64,000 nucleotides of DNA from Escherichia coli (GCF_030013205.1 NZ_CP122648.1); one strand, 5' to 3'. Positions 53,638-64,000 are shown, numbered from the stretch's first letter. Notes: a model not told the origin generated them from the sequence alone. Program-made: numbers and translations.

Positions 53638-53791
53638 CGAAAAATTCCTGTAGTCGAAAATGTCAAAAATATCGCGACAAAGTACTCGCGACGGGCCTTT
53701 CGGGCAAGTGGTATTCGCACTTTTGCTGGTGCAAAAAAGGTGGTACTGTGCGCGCTCATCAATCCGGTGGTTAACCTTAAGAGAACAACGT

Positions 53792-54046
53792 ATGGAATGC
53801 CGTCCGGGTTGCGGGGCGTGTTGCACTGCCCCTTCAATTTCCAGCCCTATTCCCGGTATGCCAGATGGCAAGCCCGCCAATACGCCCTGCATTCAGCTTG
53901 ATGAACAGCAACGCTGTAAAATTTTCACCTCGCCACTGCGACCGAAAGTCTGTGCAGGCTTACAAGCCAGCGCTGAAATGTGCGGTAACTCGCGTCAGCA
54001 GGCGATGACCTGGCTTATCGATCTGGAAATCCTGACCGCGCCTTAA
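53792..54046 (+). CDS. yeiW: Cys-rich UPF0153 protein YeiW
   Basis: Start taken at [11 protein letters not shown] (84 aa). Its end overlaps setB. Confidence 0.85.
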
Positions 54047-55224
54047 ACATCTTTAATCCGTAGTAAGCAAAACAGAGTGGCGATAATCATCACCATCGCA
54101 AACCAGAACACAGCGTGATAATTCCAGATCTCGGCGACGATGCCCGCCACTGATCCTGCGATGATCCAGCCCACGCGCGAAGTGTTGGTATAGAGCGTGG
54201 TGGCTGAACCTGCCTGACCGGGCATCAGATCCTGAAAATAGAGCATCCCGATGCCGCCCAGAATGCCAATAAAAATAGCATTTAGCAGCTGCAAGCCCAA
54301 CAGAATGACAGGTGAATGCGCCATCAGCATTCCTGCGTAAAAACAGACGCCACCCACGGCAGCAACGCGCATTAAGAAACGCTTACCCAGACGTTTGGCG
54401 AAATATCCGGCAATCAACATCGTCGGGATTTCCAGCCCGGCGGCGGTCCCCATCATCACACCGGCCAGTTTCTCGGGAAGATGCAGTTCGTTGATAATAA
54501 ATAGCGGCATGTTGATGATGTACAGGCTGTTCGAGCCCCACATCAATGTACAAATGACAAACAGCAGCAGCGTATCGCGACGGTTACGGCGCGGCGCTTC
54601 AACCGTGCCGGTCGCCAGTGGAAGTTCTTTTTGCATCGACGGTAAAAACAGCCACACCATCACGCCGCAAACAATAAACGCTACCGCTGCGCTCAGATAC
54701 ATTACCGTAAAGCTGAAACCCATCGCTAAGGCATAAGCCAGCGGCGGGCCAATGACCCATGCCAGTGAAACCTGAGCGCGTAAAAAAGAGCTGAACATCA
54801 CCGCTTCACGTCCGGTTTTGTCAGCATGTTCACGGGCGAGGGCAAACATTTGCGGGTTAGCAGTCGAGCCAAAGCTGCTAAGAAAGACGCCAACGAATAG
54901 CAAAACAAAGTAGTTGCGATTCCAGGCAAAAAGAGTGCAGGCCAGCACGCCTAACAGGCAGCAAAAGACAATCAGCGATTTGCGATCGCCGCGCTTATCA
55001 GAGCGCCCGGCGAGAAACTGACTTACCAGAATCCCAATGACAGCGCTGCCGGTAAAGAAGAATCCCACCATCGCTGGACGGGCATGTACTTCATCGGTAA
55101 GAAAAATGCTGAGTGTCGGGGTTTGCAGAGCGCCCGCAATACCGGTGAGAAAAGCAACGATTAAAAACGCCGTCGAGGTCAGGTCAAACGATTTCGCGCT
55201 GGAGACTGCGGGGGAGTTATGCAT
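54043..55224 (-). CDS. setB: MFS sugar efflux transporter SetB
   Basis: 393 aa, 12-TM MFS protein. Confidence 0.93.
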   Translation of the reverse strand: MHNSPAVSSAKSFDLTSTAFLIVAFLTGIAGALQTPTLSIFLTDEVHARPAMVGFFFTGSAVIGILVSQFLAGRSDKRGDRKSLIVFCCLLGVLACTLFAWNRNYFVLLFVGVFLSSFGSTANPQMFALAREHADKTGREAVMFSSFLRAQVSLAWVIGPPLAYALAMGFSFTVMYLSAAVAFIVCGVMVWLFLPSMQKELPLATGTVEAPRRNRRDTLLLFVICTLMWGSNSLYIINMPLFIINELHLPEKLAGVMMGTAAGLEIPTMLIAGYFAKRLGKRFLMRVAAVGGVCFYAGMLMAHSPVILLGLQLLNAIFIGILGGIGMLYFQDLMPGQAGSATTLYTNTSRVGWIIAGSVAGIVAEIWNYHAVFWFAMVMIIATLFCLLRIKDV

Positions 55225-55489
55225 GCTGGTCGATCACTGGAAGAGGAAGACGCGGAGTTTACGCTGCTTGTCAGAAAATAAACAGACAGCGAAATCAAAA
55301 GCGCCACGAATAATCAAAATGCCATTTCACTGTTGCTGATTGGCTGCTGACGCTGCTGAAATGAAATTGCTGATAACGGATTTTCCCATCAGCAATTAGG
55401 AAAAATGACAAAAAATTGTGCAGCACATCAAACTTTTGCTCATAACTTTACGGCTTTCCTTGCGTGCTGAAACAGAAGTATTATGCTTT

Positions 55490-55505
55490 CTTGAAACGTT
55501 TCAGC
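55490..55505. promoter_or_regulatory. Cra (FruR) operator cTTGAAACGTTTCAGc
   Basis: Palindrome matching the Cra consensus GCTGAAxCGxTTCA, upstream of fruB. Confidence 0.75.
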
Positions 55506-55557
55506 GCGATCTTGTCTTTAACCCTAAGCCAGGTTGGCGCTTTTTTTCTCATAGAAG

Positions 55558-55570
55558 CTGAATCGTTTCA
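55558..55570. promoter_or_regulatory. Cra (FruR) operator GCTGAATCGTTTCA
   Basis: Near-consensus Cra box about 25 bp before the fruB start. Confidence 0.75.
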
Positions 55571-55591
55571 ATTCAGCAAGAGAGGAGAACT

Positions 55592-56722
55592 ATGTTCCAG
55601 TTATCCGTACAGGACATCCATCCGGGCGAAAAGGCCGGAGACAAAGAAGAGGCGATTCGCCAGGTCGCTGCGGCGCTGGTGCAGGCCGGTAATGTAGCTG
55701 AAGGCTACGTCAATGGCATGCTGGCGCGCGAACAGCAAACCTCTACGTTCCTCGGCAATGGTATTGCTATTCCACACGGCACTACCGACACCCGCGATCA
55801 GGTGCTGAAAACCGGCGTTCAGGTATTTCAGTTCCCGGAAGGCGTCACCTGGGGTGACGGCCAGGTAGCGTACGTGGCGATCGGTATTGCTGCCAGCTCG
55901 GATGAACATTTGGGCCTGCTACGCCAGCTGACCCACGTACTGAGCGATGATTCCGTTGCTGAACAACTGAAGTCAGCAACAACAGCAGAAGAACTTCGCG
56001 CATTGCTGATGGGCGAAAAGCAGAGTGAGCAGCTGAAGCTCGACAACGAAATGCTGACGCTGGATATCGTCGCCAGCGATCTGCTGACTCTTCAGGCGCT
56101 GAACGCTGCTCGTCTGAAAGAGGCGGGGGCAGTTGACGCCACTTTCGTCACCAAAGCCATCAATGAACAACCGCTGAACCTCGGACAGGGTATCTGGCTG
56201 AGCGATAGCGCCGAAGGCAATCTGCGTAGCGCGATTGCGGTAAGCCGTGCGGCAAATGCTTTTGATGTGGACGGCGAAACGGCAGCCATGCTGGTGAGTG
56301 TGGCGATGAATGACGATCAGCCCATTGCGGTTCTAAAGCGTCTCGCTGATTTGTTACTCGACAATAAAGCTGACCGCTTGCTGAAAGCGGATGCGGCAAC
56401 GTTGCTGGCGTTGCTGACCAGCGATGATGCGCCGACCGACGACGTGTTAAGCGCGGAGTTTGTGGTGCGCAATGAACACGGCCTGCATGCTCGTCCAGGT
56501 ACCATGCTGGTCAATACCATTAAACAATTTAACAGTGATATTACCGTGACAAACCTTGATGGCACCGGCAAACCGGCAAACGGACGTAGTCTGATGAAAG
56601 TTGTGGCACTTGGCGTTAAGAAAGGTCATCGCCTACGCTTTACCGCCCAGGGTGCAGATGCTGAACAGGCGCTGAAAGCCATTGGCGACGCTATCGCTGC
56701 TGGTCTTGGGGAGGGCGCATAA
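55592..56722 (+). CDS. fruB: fructose PTS multiphosphoryl transfer protein FruB (EIIA-M-FPr)
   Basis: 376 aa with a C-terminal HPr-like domain [10 protein letters not shown]. Confidence 0.96.
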
Positions 56723-57660
56723 TGAGCAGACGTGTTGCTACTATCACCCTTAATCCGGCTTATGACCTTGTTGGTTTCTGCCCGGAAATTGAACGCGGCG
56801 AAGTGAACCTGGTGAAAACCACCGGTCTGCATGCGGCGGGTAAAGGCATCAACGTGGCCAAAGTATTAAAAGACCTGGGAATTGATGTCACCGTTGGCGG
56901 CTTCCTCGGTAAAGACAATCAGGATGGTTTTCAGCAACTGTTCAGCGAGCTGGGCATTGCCAACCGTTTCCAGGTTGTACAGGGGCGCACCCGAATTAAC
57001 GTTAAGCTGACGGAAAAAGACGGCGAAGTGACCGACTTCAACTTCTCGGGTTTTGAAGTCACCCCCGCCGACTGGGAACGCTTTGTGACTGATTCTCTGA
57101 GCTGGCTCGGTCAGTTCGATATGGTCTGTGTCAGCGGAAGCTTACCGTCAGGCGTCAGCCCGGAAGCGTTCACCGACTGGATGACTCGCCTGCGTAGTCA
57201 GTGTCCTTGCATTATCTTTGATAGTAGCCGTGAAGCGTTAGTGGCAGGTTTGAAAGCGGCACCGTGGCTGGTGAAACCTAACCGCCGCGAGCTGGAAATC
57301 TGGGCAGGCCGTAAACTGCCTGAAATGAAAGATGTGATTGAAGCTGCACATGCGCTACGTGAACAAGGTATTGCGCATGTTGTTATTTCACTGGGTGCCG
57401 AAGGCGCGCTTTGGGTTAATGCCTCCGGCGAATGGATCGCCAAACCACCGTCAGTCGATGTCGTAAGCACCGTTGGCGCAGGGGATTCTATGGTTGGTGG
57501 CCTGATTTATGGCTTGCTGATGCGTGAATCCAGTGAACACACACTGCGTCTGGCGACAGCTGTTGCAGCCCTGGCGGTAAGTCAAAGCAATGTGGGTATT
57601 ACCGATCGTCCGCAGTTGGCCGCAATGATGGCGCGCGTCGACTTACAACCTTTTAACTGA
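56722..57660 (+). CDS. fruK: 1-phosphofructokinase
   Basis: 312 aa of the PfkB family (GAGDSMVG). Confidence 0.96.
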   Translation: MSRRVATITLNPAYDLVGFCPEIERGEVNLVKTTGLHAAGKGINVAKVLKDLGIDVTVGGFLGKDNQDGFQQLFSELGIANRFQVVQGRTRINVKLTEKDGEVTDFNFSGFEVTPADWERFVTDSLSWLGQFDMVCVSGSLPSGVSPEAFTDWMTRLRSQCPCIIFDSSREALVAGLKAAPWLVKPNRRELEIWAGRKLPEMKDVIEAAHALREQGIAHVVISLGAEGALWVNASGEWIAKPPSVDVVSTVGAGDSMVGGLIYGLLMRESSEHTLRLATAVAALAVSQSNVGITDRPQLAAMMARVDLQPFN

Positions 57661-57676
57661 CAGCAGGAGAGGCATA

Positions 57677-59368
57677 ATGAAAACGCTGCTGATTATTGAC
57701 GCTAATCTCGGTCAGGCACGCACCTATATGGCGAAGACCCTGCTGGGCGCGGCGGCGCGAAAAGCAAAACTGGAAATCATCGACAATCCGAACGACGCTG
57801 AAATGGCGATTGTTCTCGGTGATTCCATCCCGAACGACAGCGCGCTGAACGGTAAAAATGTCTGGCTGGGCGATATTTCCCGGGCAGTTGCGCACCCTGA
57901 GCTGTTCCTGAGTGAAGCCAAAGGCCATGCGAAACCTTACACTGCGCCGGTCGCTGCGACAGCACCGGTTGCCGCCAGCGGTCCGAAACGCGTAGTTGCG
58001 GTGACTGCTTGCCCGACTGGCGTAGCACACACCTTTATGGCGGCTGAAGCCATTGAAACCGAAGCGAAAAAACGTGGCTGGTGGGTGAAAGTTGAAACCC
58101 GTGGTTCTGTTGGCGCGGGTAATGCAATCACACCCGAAGAAGTCGCAGCAGCGGATCTGGTGATTGTGGCGGCAGATATCGAAGTGGATCTGGCGAAATT
58201 TGCTGGTAAACCGATGTATCGTACCTCTACCGGTCTGGCGCTGAAGAAAACCGCGCAGGAACTGGATAAAGCGGTTGCTGAAGCAACGCCGTATGAACCG
58301 GCGGGCAAAACTCAAACAGCGACCACTGAAGGTAAGAAAGAGAGTGCAGGCGCTTACCGTCACTTGCTGACGGGCGTCTCTTACATGCTGCCGATGGTCG
58401 TTGCAGGTGGTCTGTGTATCGCGCTTTCTTTTGCTTTTGGTATCGAAGCGTTTAAAGAGCCGGGTACGTTGGCTGCGGCGCTGATGCAGATTGGTGGTGG
58501 TTCAGCCTTTGCGTTGATGGTGCCGGTACTGGCAGGTTATATTGCCTTTTCCATTGCCGATCGTCCGGGTCTCACGCCGGGTCTGATTGGCGGTATGCTG
58601 GCGGTCAGCACTGGTTCTGGCTTCATTGGCGGTATTATTGCGGGCTTCCTGGCTGGTTACATTGCGAAGTTAATCAGTACGCAATTGAAACTGCCACAGA
58701 GTATGGAGGCGCTGAAACCGATTCTGATCATTCCGCTAATTTCCAGTCTGGTGGTCGGTCTGGCGATGATCTACCTGATCGGTAAACCGGTTGCTGGCAT
58801 TCTCGAAGGGTTGACTCACTGGCTGCAGACCATGGGGACTGCGAATGCGGTTCTGCTGGGGGCGATCCTCGGAGGCATGATGTGTACTGACATGGGCGGT
58901 CCGGTAAACAAAGCAGCGTACGCGTTCGGTGTGGGTCTGCTGAGTACTCAAACCTATGGCCCGATGGCGGCGATTATGGCGGCAGGTATGGTGCCACCGC
59001 TGGCAATGGGTCTGGCAACAATGGTGGCGCGTCGCAAATTCGACAAGGCGCAGCAGGAAGGGGGCAAAGCTGCTCTGGTACTGGGACTGTGCTTTATTTC
59101 GGAAGGTGCAATTCCGTTTGCTGCCCGTGATCCGATGCGTGTGCTGCCGTGCTGTATCGTGGGTGGGGCGCTGACTGGCGCAATCTCAATGGCGATTGGT
59201 GCGAAACTGATGGCACCGCACGGTGGTCTGTTTGTTCTGCTGATCCCTGGCGCGATTACGCCGGTATTGGGTTACCTGGTAGCCATTATTGCCGGTACGC
59301 TGGTGGCGGGTCTGGCCTATGCCTTCCTGAAACGTCCGGAAGTGGACGCAGTAGCGAAAGCAGCGTAA
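57677..59368 (+). CDS. fruA: fructose PTS EIIB'BC component
   Basis: 563 aa with the IIB Cys motif VTACPTGVAHTFMAAE and a C-terminal membrane domain. Confidence 0.96.
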   Translation: MKTLLIIDANLGQARTYMAKTLLGAAARKAKLEIIDNPNDAEMAIVLGDSIPNDSALNGKNVWLGDISRAVAHPELFLSEAKGHAKPYTAPVAATAPVAASGPKRVVAVTACPTGVAHTFMAAEAIETEAKKRGWWVKVETRGSVGAGNAITPEEVAAADLVIVAADIEVDLAKFAGKPMYRTSTGLALKKTAQELDKAVAEATPYEPAGKTQTATTEGKKESAGAYRHLLTGVSYMLPMVVAGGLCIALSFAFGIEAFKEPGTLAAALMQIGGGSAFALMVPVLAGYIAFSIADRPGLTPGLIGGMLAVSTGSGFIGGIIAGFLAGYIAKLISTQLKLPQSMEALKPILIIPLISSLVVGLAMIYLIGKPVAGILEGLTHWLQTMGTANAVLLGAILGGMMCTDMGGPVNKAAYAFGVGLLSTQTYGPMAAIMAAGMVPPLAMGLATMVARRKFDKAQQEGGKAALVLGLCFISEGAIPFAARDPMRVLPCCIVGGALTGAISMAIGAKLMAPHGGLFVLLIPGAITPVLGYLVAIIAGTLVAGLAYAFLKRPEVDAVAKAA

Positions 59369-59378
59369 TAAAAGGTGT

Positions 59379-59409
59379 GTTACAGGGCAGAAATTTCCTG
59401 CCCTGTAAC
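59379..59409 (+). terminator. hairpin terminator after fruA
   Basis: gttacagggcag-aaatttc-ctgccctgtaac, a 12 bp perfect stem with a short T tract after it. Confidence 0.7.
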
Positions 59410-59501
59410 ATTTGATGCGCGCAAAGAGAATGACCGGTTTGTGAATGTAATTTTATGAATTTAAATGGTTTTATCTTTTAGTAGAAACCTGAAACCTTCA
59501 T

Positions 59502-59510
59502 CAAACACTA
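59502..59510. repeat. IS1 target-site duplication, left copy (caaacacta)
   Basis: Identical 9-mer at 60279-60287, directly abutting both IS1 ends. Confidence 0.9.
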
Positions 59511-59565
59511 GGTGATGCTGCCAACTTACTGATTTAGTGTATGATGGTGTTTTTGAGGTGCTCCA

Positions 59566-59841
59566 GTGGCTTCTGTTTCTATCAGCTGTCCCTCCTGTTC
59601 AGCTACTGACGGGGTGGTGCGTAACGGCAAAAGCACCGCCGGACATCAGCGCTATCTCTGCTCTCACTGCCGTAAAACATGGCAACTACAGTTCACTTAC
59701 GCCGCCTCTCAGCCCGGTACGCACCAGAAAATCATTGATATGGCCATGAATGGCGTCGGATGTCGCGCCAGTGCACGCATTATTGGCGTTGGCCTCAACA
59801 CGATTTTCCGCCACTTAAAAAACTCAGGCCGCAGTCGGTAA
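59566..59841 (+). CDS. insA: IS1 InsA
   Basis: 91 aa, [40 protein letters not shown] (zinc finger plus HTH). Confidence 0.93.
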   Translation: MASVSISCPSCSATDGVVRNGKSTAGHQRYLCSHCRKTWQLQFTYAASQPGTHQKIIDMAMNGVGCRASARIIGVGLNTIFRHLKNSGRSR

Positions 59842-60263
59842 CCTCGCGCATACAACCGGGCAGTGATGTGATTGTCTGCGCTGAAATGGACGAACAGTGG
59901 GGCTACGTCGGTGCTAAATCACGTCAGCGCTGGCTGTTTTACGCGTATGACAGGATGCGGAGGACGGTTGTGGCGCACGTCTTCGGTGAACGCACTCTGG
60001 CCACACTGGAGCGTCTTCTGAGCCTGCTGTCGGCCTTTGAGGTCGTGGTATGGATGACGGATGGCTGGCCGCTGTATGAATCACGCCTGAAGGGAAAGCT
60101 GCACGTTATCAGCAAGCGTTATACTCAGCGCATTGAGCGGCATAACCTGAATCTGAGACAACATCTGGCAAGGCTGGGACGGAAGTCACTGTCGTTCTCA
60201 AAATCGGTGGAGCTGCATGACAAGGTCATCGGGCATTATCTGAACATAAAACACTATCAGTAA
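59566..60263 (+). CDS. insB: IS1 transposase InsAB' (requires a -1 frameshift at the A6C motif 59817-59823)
   Basis: The insB frame (track ORF 59760..60263) overlaps the insA end. The ttaaaaaactc slippery motif is present. Confidence 0.85.
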
Positions 60264-60278
60264 GTTGGAGTCATTACC

Positions 60279-60287
60279 CAAACACTA
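60279..60287. repeat. IS1 target-site duplication, right copy (caaacacta)
   Basis: See 59502-59510. Confidence 0.9.
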
Positions 60288-60466
60288 AGGTTATTTCCTC
60301 AAGGGCAGATTAATTTCTGCCCTTTTTTATTGTTCCTGTTCTGTGCATCCCGTCACAAATTCCCCGTTTTTATAATTCAGGCATTTAATCGCGTTTTGTG
60401 AGCCTGCTCAAATCTGCCCATTTTGCCTCTCTGGCGGTAATTTACTTTACGTAAAACATGCATACT

Positions 60467-60502
60467 ATGAGCACATGTTTAAATATGAACACATGTTTAA
60501 AC
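60467..60502. repeat. tandem 18 bp duplication ATGArCACATGTTTAAAy upstream of psuK
   Basis: Units at 60467-60484 and 60485-60502 are 16/18 identical, and each holds the palindrome ACATGT. Confidence 0.7.
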
Positions 60503-60568
60503 CGTCTTTGCAGTATCTATATTCTTGTGGATTGACAGGGTTGGTAATTTTTTACCAGAGGACGTGCT

Positions 60569-61510
60569 ATGCGCGAAAAGGATTATGTCGTAATTATAGG
60601 TTCGGCGAATATTGATATCGCCGGATATTCACATGAATCATTAAATTATGCGGATTCAAATCCAGGTAAAATAAAATTTACGCCTGGTGGAGTCGGGCGA
60701 AATATTGCACAAAACCTGGCGTTGCTGGGTAACAAAGCCTGGCTACTGAGCGCAGTAGGCAGTGATTTTTATGGTCAATCGCTGCTAACGCAAACCAATC
60801 AATCTGGCGTTTATGTCGATAAATGCCTGATTGTGCCGGGAGAAAATACGTCGAGCTATTTATCATTACTCGATAATACCGGTGAAATGCTGGTTGCTAT
60901 AAATGACATGAATATTAGCAACGCTATTACAGCTGAATATCTCGCACAGCACCGTGAATTTATTCAAAGGGCAAAGGTCATTGTCGCGGACTGTAATATC
61001 AGTGAAGAGGCACTGGCATGGATTCTGGATAATGCCGCCAATGTACCTGTATTTGTCGATCCGGTTTCGGCATGGAAATGTGTCAAAGTGCGTGACCGTC
61101 TAAATCAGATCCACACCCTGAAGCCAAACCGCCTTGAAGCGGAAACCTTGAGTGGGATTGCTTTGTCAGGGCGTGAAGATGTGGCAAAAGTTGCTGCCTG
61201 GTTCCATCAACATGGCCTGAACCGACTGGTAATGAGCATGGGCGGCGACGGCGTTTATTACAGTGATATCAGCGGTGAAAGTGGTTGGTCTGCGCCGATC
61301 AAAACCAATGTCATTAATGTTACCGGAGCGGGCGATGCCATGATGGCGGGACTTGCTTCGTGTTGGGTAGACGGAATGCCGTTTGCCGAATCTGTTCGTT
61401 TCGCACAGGGATGTTCGTCAATGGCGCTCTCCTGTGAATACACCAATAACCCCGATTTATCGATTGCCAACGTTATATCGTTAGTGGAGAACGCAGAATG
61501 TCTGAATTAA
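60569..61510 (+). CDS. psuK: pseudouridine kinase PsuK (YeiC)
   Basis: 313 aa of the PfkB family (GAGDAMMAG). Confidence 0.93.
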   Translation: MREKDYVVIIGSANIDIAGYSHESLNYADSNPGKIKFTPGGVGRNIAQNLALLGNKAWLLSAVGSDFYGQSLLTQTNQSGVYVDKCLIVPGENTSSYLSLLDNTGEMLVAINDMNISNAITAEYLAQHREFIQRAKVIVADCNISEEALAWILDNAANVPVFVDPVSAWKCVKVRDRLNQIHTLKPNRLEAETLSGIALSGREDVAKVAAWFHQHGLNRLVMSMGGDGVYYSDISGESGWSAPIKTNVINVTGAGDAMMAGLASCWVDGMPFAESVRFAQGCSSMALSCEYTNNPDLSIANVISLVENAECLN

Positions 61511-62436
61511 AAATTTCCCCTGAATTATTACAAATTTCCCCGGAAGTGCAGGACGCTTTAAAAAACAAAAAACCGGTTGTGGCGCTGGAATCGACCATTA
61601 TTTCTCACGGGATGCCGTTCCCACAAAATGCCCAGACCGCAATTGAAGTTGAAGAAACTATTCGTAAACAGGGCGCTGTACCTGCCACTATCGCCATTAT
61701 TGGCGGCGTGATGAAAGTGGGTTTAAGCAAAGAAGAAATTGAATTGCTGGGTCGTGAAGGGCATAACGTGACCAAAGTTAGTCGTCGCGATTTACCTTTT
61801 GTTGTTGCCGCCGGAAAAAATGGCGCAACTACCGTTGCTTCAACGATGATTATTGCGGCGCTTGCCGGAATTAAAGTATTTGCCACTGGGGGAATTGGTG
61901 GTGTGCATCGCGGGGCGGAACATACCTTCGATATTTCTGCCGATTTGCAAGAACTGGCGCACACCAATGTCACCGTCGTTTGTGCCGGGGCGAAATCTAT
62001 TCTCGATTTAGGCTTAACTACCGAATATTTAGAAACTTTCGGTGTACCGCTAATTGGCTATCAGACCAAAGCGCTGCCTGCGTTTTTCTGCCGCACCAGC
62101 CCGTTTGAAGTCAGTATTCGCCTTGATAGTGCCACGGAAATCGCTCGTGCAATGGCGGTGAAATGGCAAAGCGGGCTGAACGGTGGCCTCGTGGTAGCGA
62201 ACCCGATCCCGGAACAGTTTGCTATGCCGGAACACACTATCAATGCGGCGATCGATCAGGCGGTAGCTGAAGCTGAAGCGCAGGGTGTTATTGGTAAAGA
62301 AAGTACGCCATTCCTGCTGGCGCGCGTTGCTGAGCTGACCGGCGGTGACAGCCTGAAATCCAACATCCAGCTGGTGTTCAACAACGCCATTCTGGCGAGC
62401 GAAATTGCCAAAGAATATCAGCGTCTCGCGGGTTAA
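61498..62436 (+). CDS. psuG: pseudouridine-5'-phosphate glycosidase PsuG (YeiN)
   Basis: 312 aa. Overlaps the psuK end. Matches remembered YeiN. Confidence 0.93.
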   Translation: MSELKISPELLQISPEVQDALKNKKPVVALESTIISHGMPFPQNAQTAIEVEETIRKQGAVPATIAIIGGVMKVGLSKEEIELLGREGHNVTKVSRRDLPFVVAAGKNGATTVASTMIIAALAGIKVFATGGIGGVHRGAEHTFDISADLQELAHTNVTVVCAGAKSILDLGLTTEYLETFGVPLIGYQTKALPAFFCRTSPFEVSIRLDSATEIARAMAVKWQSGLNGGLVVANPIPEQFAMPEHTINAAIDQAVAEAEAQGVIGKESTPFLLARVAELTGGDSLKSNIQLVFNNAILASEIAKEYQRLAG

Positions 62437-62529
62437 TTTCTGACGGGCAGAAAGCCGTCGCCCGTACTCATCAAGCATACCAAAACCTGGCGCTGACGCC
62501 GGGTTTACTGGCATGAAGGGAAAATCATT

Positions 62530-63780
62530 ATGGATATAATGAGAAGTGTTGTGGGGATGGTGGTGTTACTGGCAATAGCATTTCTGTTGTCAGTGAATAA
62601 AAAGGGCATCAGTTTGCGCACGGTTGGAGCCGCACTGCTGCTGCAAATCGCTATTGGTGGCATCATGCTCTACTTCCCACCGGGAAAATGGGCAGTAGAA
62701 CAGGCGGCATTAGGCGTTCATAAAGTGATGTCTTACAGTGATGCCGGTAGCGCCTTTATTTTTGGTTCATTGGTCGGGCCGAAAATGGATGTCCTGTTTG
62801 ATGGCGCGGGCTTTATCTTCGCCTTTCGCGTACTCCCGGCGATTATCTTCGTCACTGCGCTCATCAGCCTGCTGTACTACATTGGCGTGATGGGACTGCT
62901 GAATCGCATTCTTGGCAGCATTTTCCAGAAAGCTCTCAACATCAGCAAAATCGAATCTTTTGTTGCGGTTACCACTATTTTCCTCGGGCAAAATGAGATC
63001 CCGGCGATCGTTAAACCGTTTATCGATCGCATGAATCGCAACGAGTTGTTTACCGCAATTTGTAGCGGGATGGCGTCCATTGCTGGTTCGATGATGATTG
63101 GTTATGCCGGAATGGGCGTACCAATTGACTACCTGTTAGCGGCATCGCTGATGGCGATCCCTGGCGGGATTTTGTTTGCACGTATTCTTAGCCCGGCAAC
63201 CGAGCCTTCGCAGGTCACATTTGAAAATCTGTCGTTCAGCGAAACACCGCCAAAAAGCTTTATCGAAGCAGCGGCGAGCGGTGCGATGACCGGGTTGAAA
63301 ATCGCCGCTGGTGTGGCGACGGTGGTAATGGCGTTTGTCGCAATTATTGCGCTGATTAATGGCATTATCGGCGGAATTGGCGGCTGGTTTGGTTTTACCA
63401 ATGCTTCTCTGGAAAGTATTTTTGGCTATGTGCTGGCACCGCTGGCGTGGATCATGGGTGTGGACTGGAGTGATGCCAATCTTGCGGGTAGCCTGATTGG
63501 GCAGAAACTGGCGATTAACGAATTCGTCGCTTACCTGAGTTTCTCCCCATACCTGCAAACGGGCGGCACGCTGGAAGTGAAAACCATTGCGATTATCTCC
63601 TTTGCGCTTTGTGGTTTTGCTAACTTTGGTTCTATCGGTGTTGTCGTTGGCGCATTTTCGGCTATTTCGCCTAAACGCGCACCGGAAATCGCCCAGCTTG
63701 GTTTACGGGCGCTGGCAGCAGCAACGCTTTCCAACCTGATGAGCGCGACCATTGCCGGGTTCTTTATTGGTTTAGCTTGA
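62530..63780 (+). CDS. psuT: NupC-family nucleoside (pseudouridine) transporter PsuT (YeiM)
   Basis: 416 aa polytopic CNT-family protein. Confidence 0.92.
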   Translation: MDIMRSVVGMVVLLAIAFLLSVNKKGISLRTVGAALLLQIAIGGIMLYFPPGKWAVEQAALGVHKVMSYSDAGSAFIFGSLVGPKMDVLFDGAGFIFAFRVLPAIIFVTALISLLYYIGVMGLLNRILGSIFQKALNISKIESFVAVTTIFLGQNEIPAIVKPFIDRMNRNELFTAICSGMASIAGSMMIGYAGMGVPIDYLLAASLMAIPGGILFARILSPATEPSQVTFENLSFSETPPKSFIEAAASGAMTGLKIAAGVATVVMAFVAIIALINGIIGGIGGWFGFTNASLESIFGYVLAPLAWIMGVDWSDANLAGSLIGQKLAINEFVAYLSFSPYLQTGGTLEVKTIAIISFALCGFANFGSIGVVVGAFSAISPKRAPEIAQLGLRALAAATLSNLMSATIAGFFIGLA

Positions 63781-63788
63781 GTTTCATT

Positions 63789-63825
63789 GCCGGATGTACG
63801 CGCTTATTTAGCGTCACATCCGGCA
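63789..63825. repeat. REP element
   Basis: gccggatgtacgcgcttatttagcgtcacatccggca. Confidence 0.8.
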
Positions 63826-63847
63826 ATCGCTCTATTGCAAATAATTT

Positions 63848-64000
63848 TTACTGCATCATCCCTGAGAATTTATTTTCCGGGTCCATCTCCAGTGCCAGTC
63901 CTGACAACTGCTTTCTGTTTTTAATTAGATACCCTTTCTTGCTTTTAATTAATAAACCGTCGTGAATGAATTGCGCTAGAACATATAAAAGATGTCGATA
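63848..64000 (-). CDS. yeiL: Crp/Fnr-family regulator YeiL, C-terminal 50 codons (5' part outside window)
   Basis: Manual minus-strand translation from the window edge gives [53 protein letters not shown]-like sequence, in the expected neighbouring position. Confidence 0.7.

Larger units (their letters stand above)
59511..60278 (+). mobile_element. IS1 insertion sequence (768 bp)
   Basis: Starts GGTGATGCTGCCAACTTACTGATTTAGTGTATGATGGTG and ends with its inverted copy ...GTAAGTTGGAGTCATTACC. Contains insA/insB. Differs at scattered positions from the IS1A sequence I remember. Confidence 0.95.

Noticed and set aside
53269-53901. 210 aa plus-strand ORF and the 275 aa extended yeiP ORF
   Set aside because: The plus ORF is antisense to yeiP. 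The yeiP extension upstream of [10 protein letters not shown] has no support and overlaps yeiW on the other strand.
57653-58363. 236 aa minus-strand ORF inside fruA
   Set aside because: Antisense to fruA. Arg/Cys/Phe-rich shadow ORF.

Overview
E. coli-type chromosomal segment. It is colinear, in inverted orientation, with the K-12 region yojI-mqo-eco-napFDAGHBC-ccmABCDEFGH-narP-yejO / proL-yejM-yejL-yejK-rplY-radD-rsuA-bcr-yejG-yejFEBA-pdeN-mepS-lpxT-yeiR-yeiQ-yeiP-yeiW-setB-fruBKA-psuKGT-yeiL. Core gene calls rest on ORF length, motifs and my memory of the K-12 proteins; no searches were run. Three strain-specific core changes stand out: yejO is an intact 863 aa autotransporter gene, bcr is broken by an internal frameshifting deletion, and an IS1 with a 9 bp target duplication sits between fruA and psuK. 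The accessory region is a ~13.4 kb island (about 19471-32853) inserted at the 3' end of tRNA-Pro (proL). It carries a P4-type integrase, AlpA, a divergent ribbon-helix-helix gene with operator-like repeats, a tandem Icd-like protein, a RepA/AAA_25-type replicase followed by a TCCTCAC iteron origin, and a coupled ProQ/FinO plus PerC pair. After two terminators comes an odd partial morphogenesis block: a prohead protease/scaffold-like protein, a chaperone-like gene with a T8 -1 slip site, a 679 aa tape-measure-like protein and a Nu1-like small-terminase/Rpp-like HTH protein next to a composite TTGACAC repeat array. A ~0.7 kb hairpin-rich non-coding tail follows. No capsid, portal, large terminase, tail tube or lysis genes are present, so I read it as a helper-dependent phage satellite of PICI/P4-like architecture with an unusual tail-related cargo. 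Functional assignments inside the island are motif- and memory-based and need HMM or structure searches.
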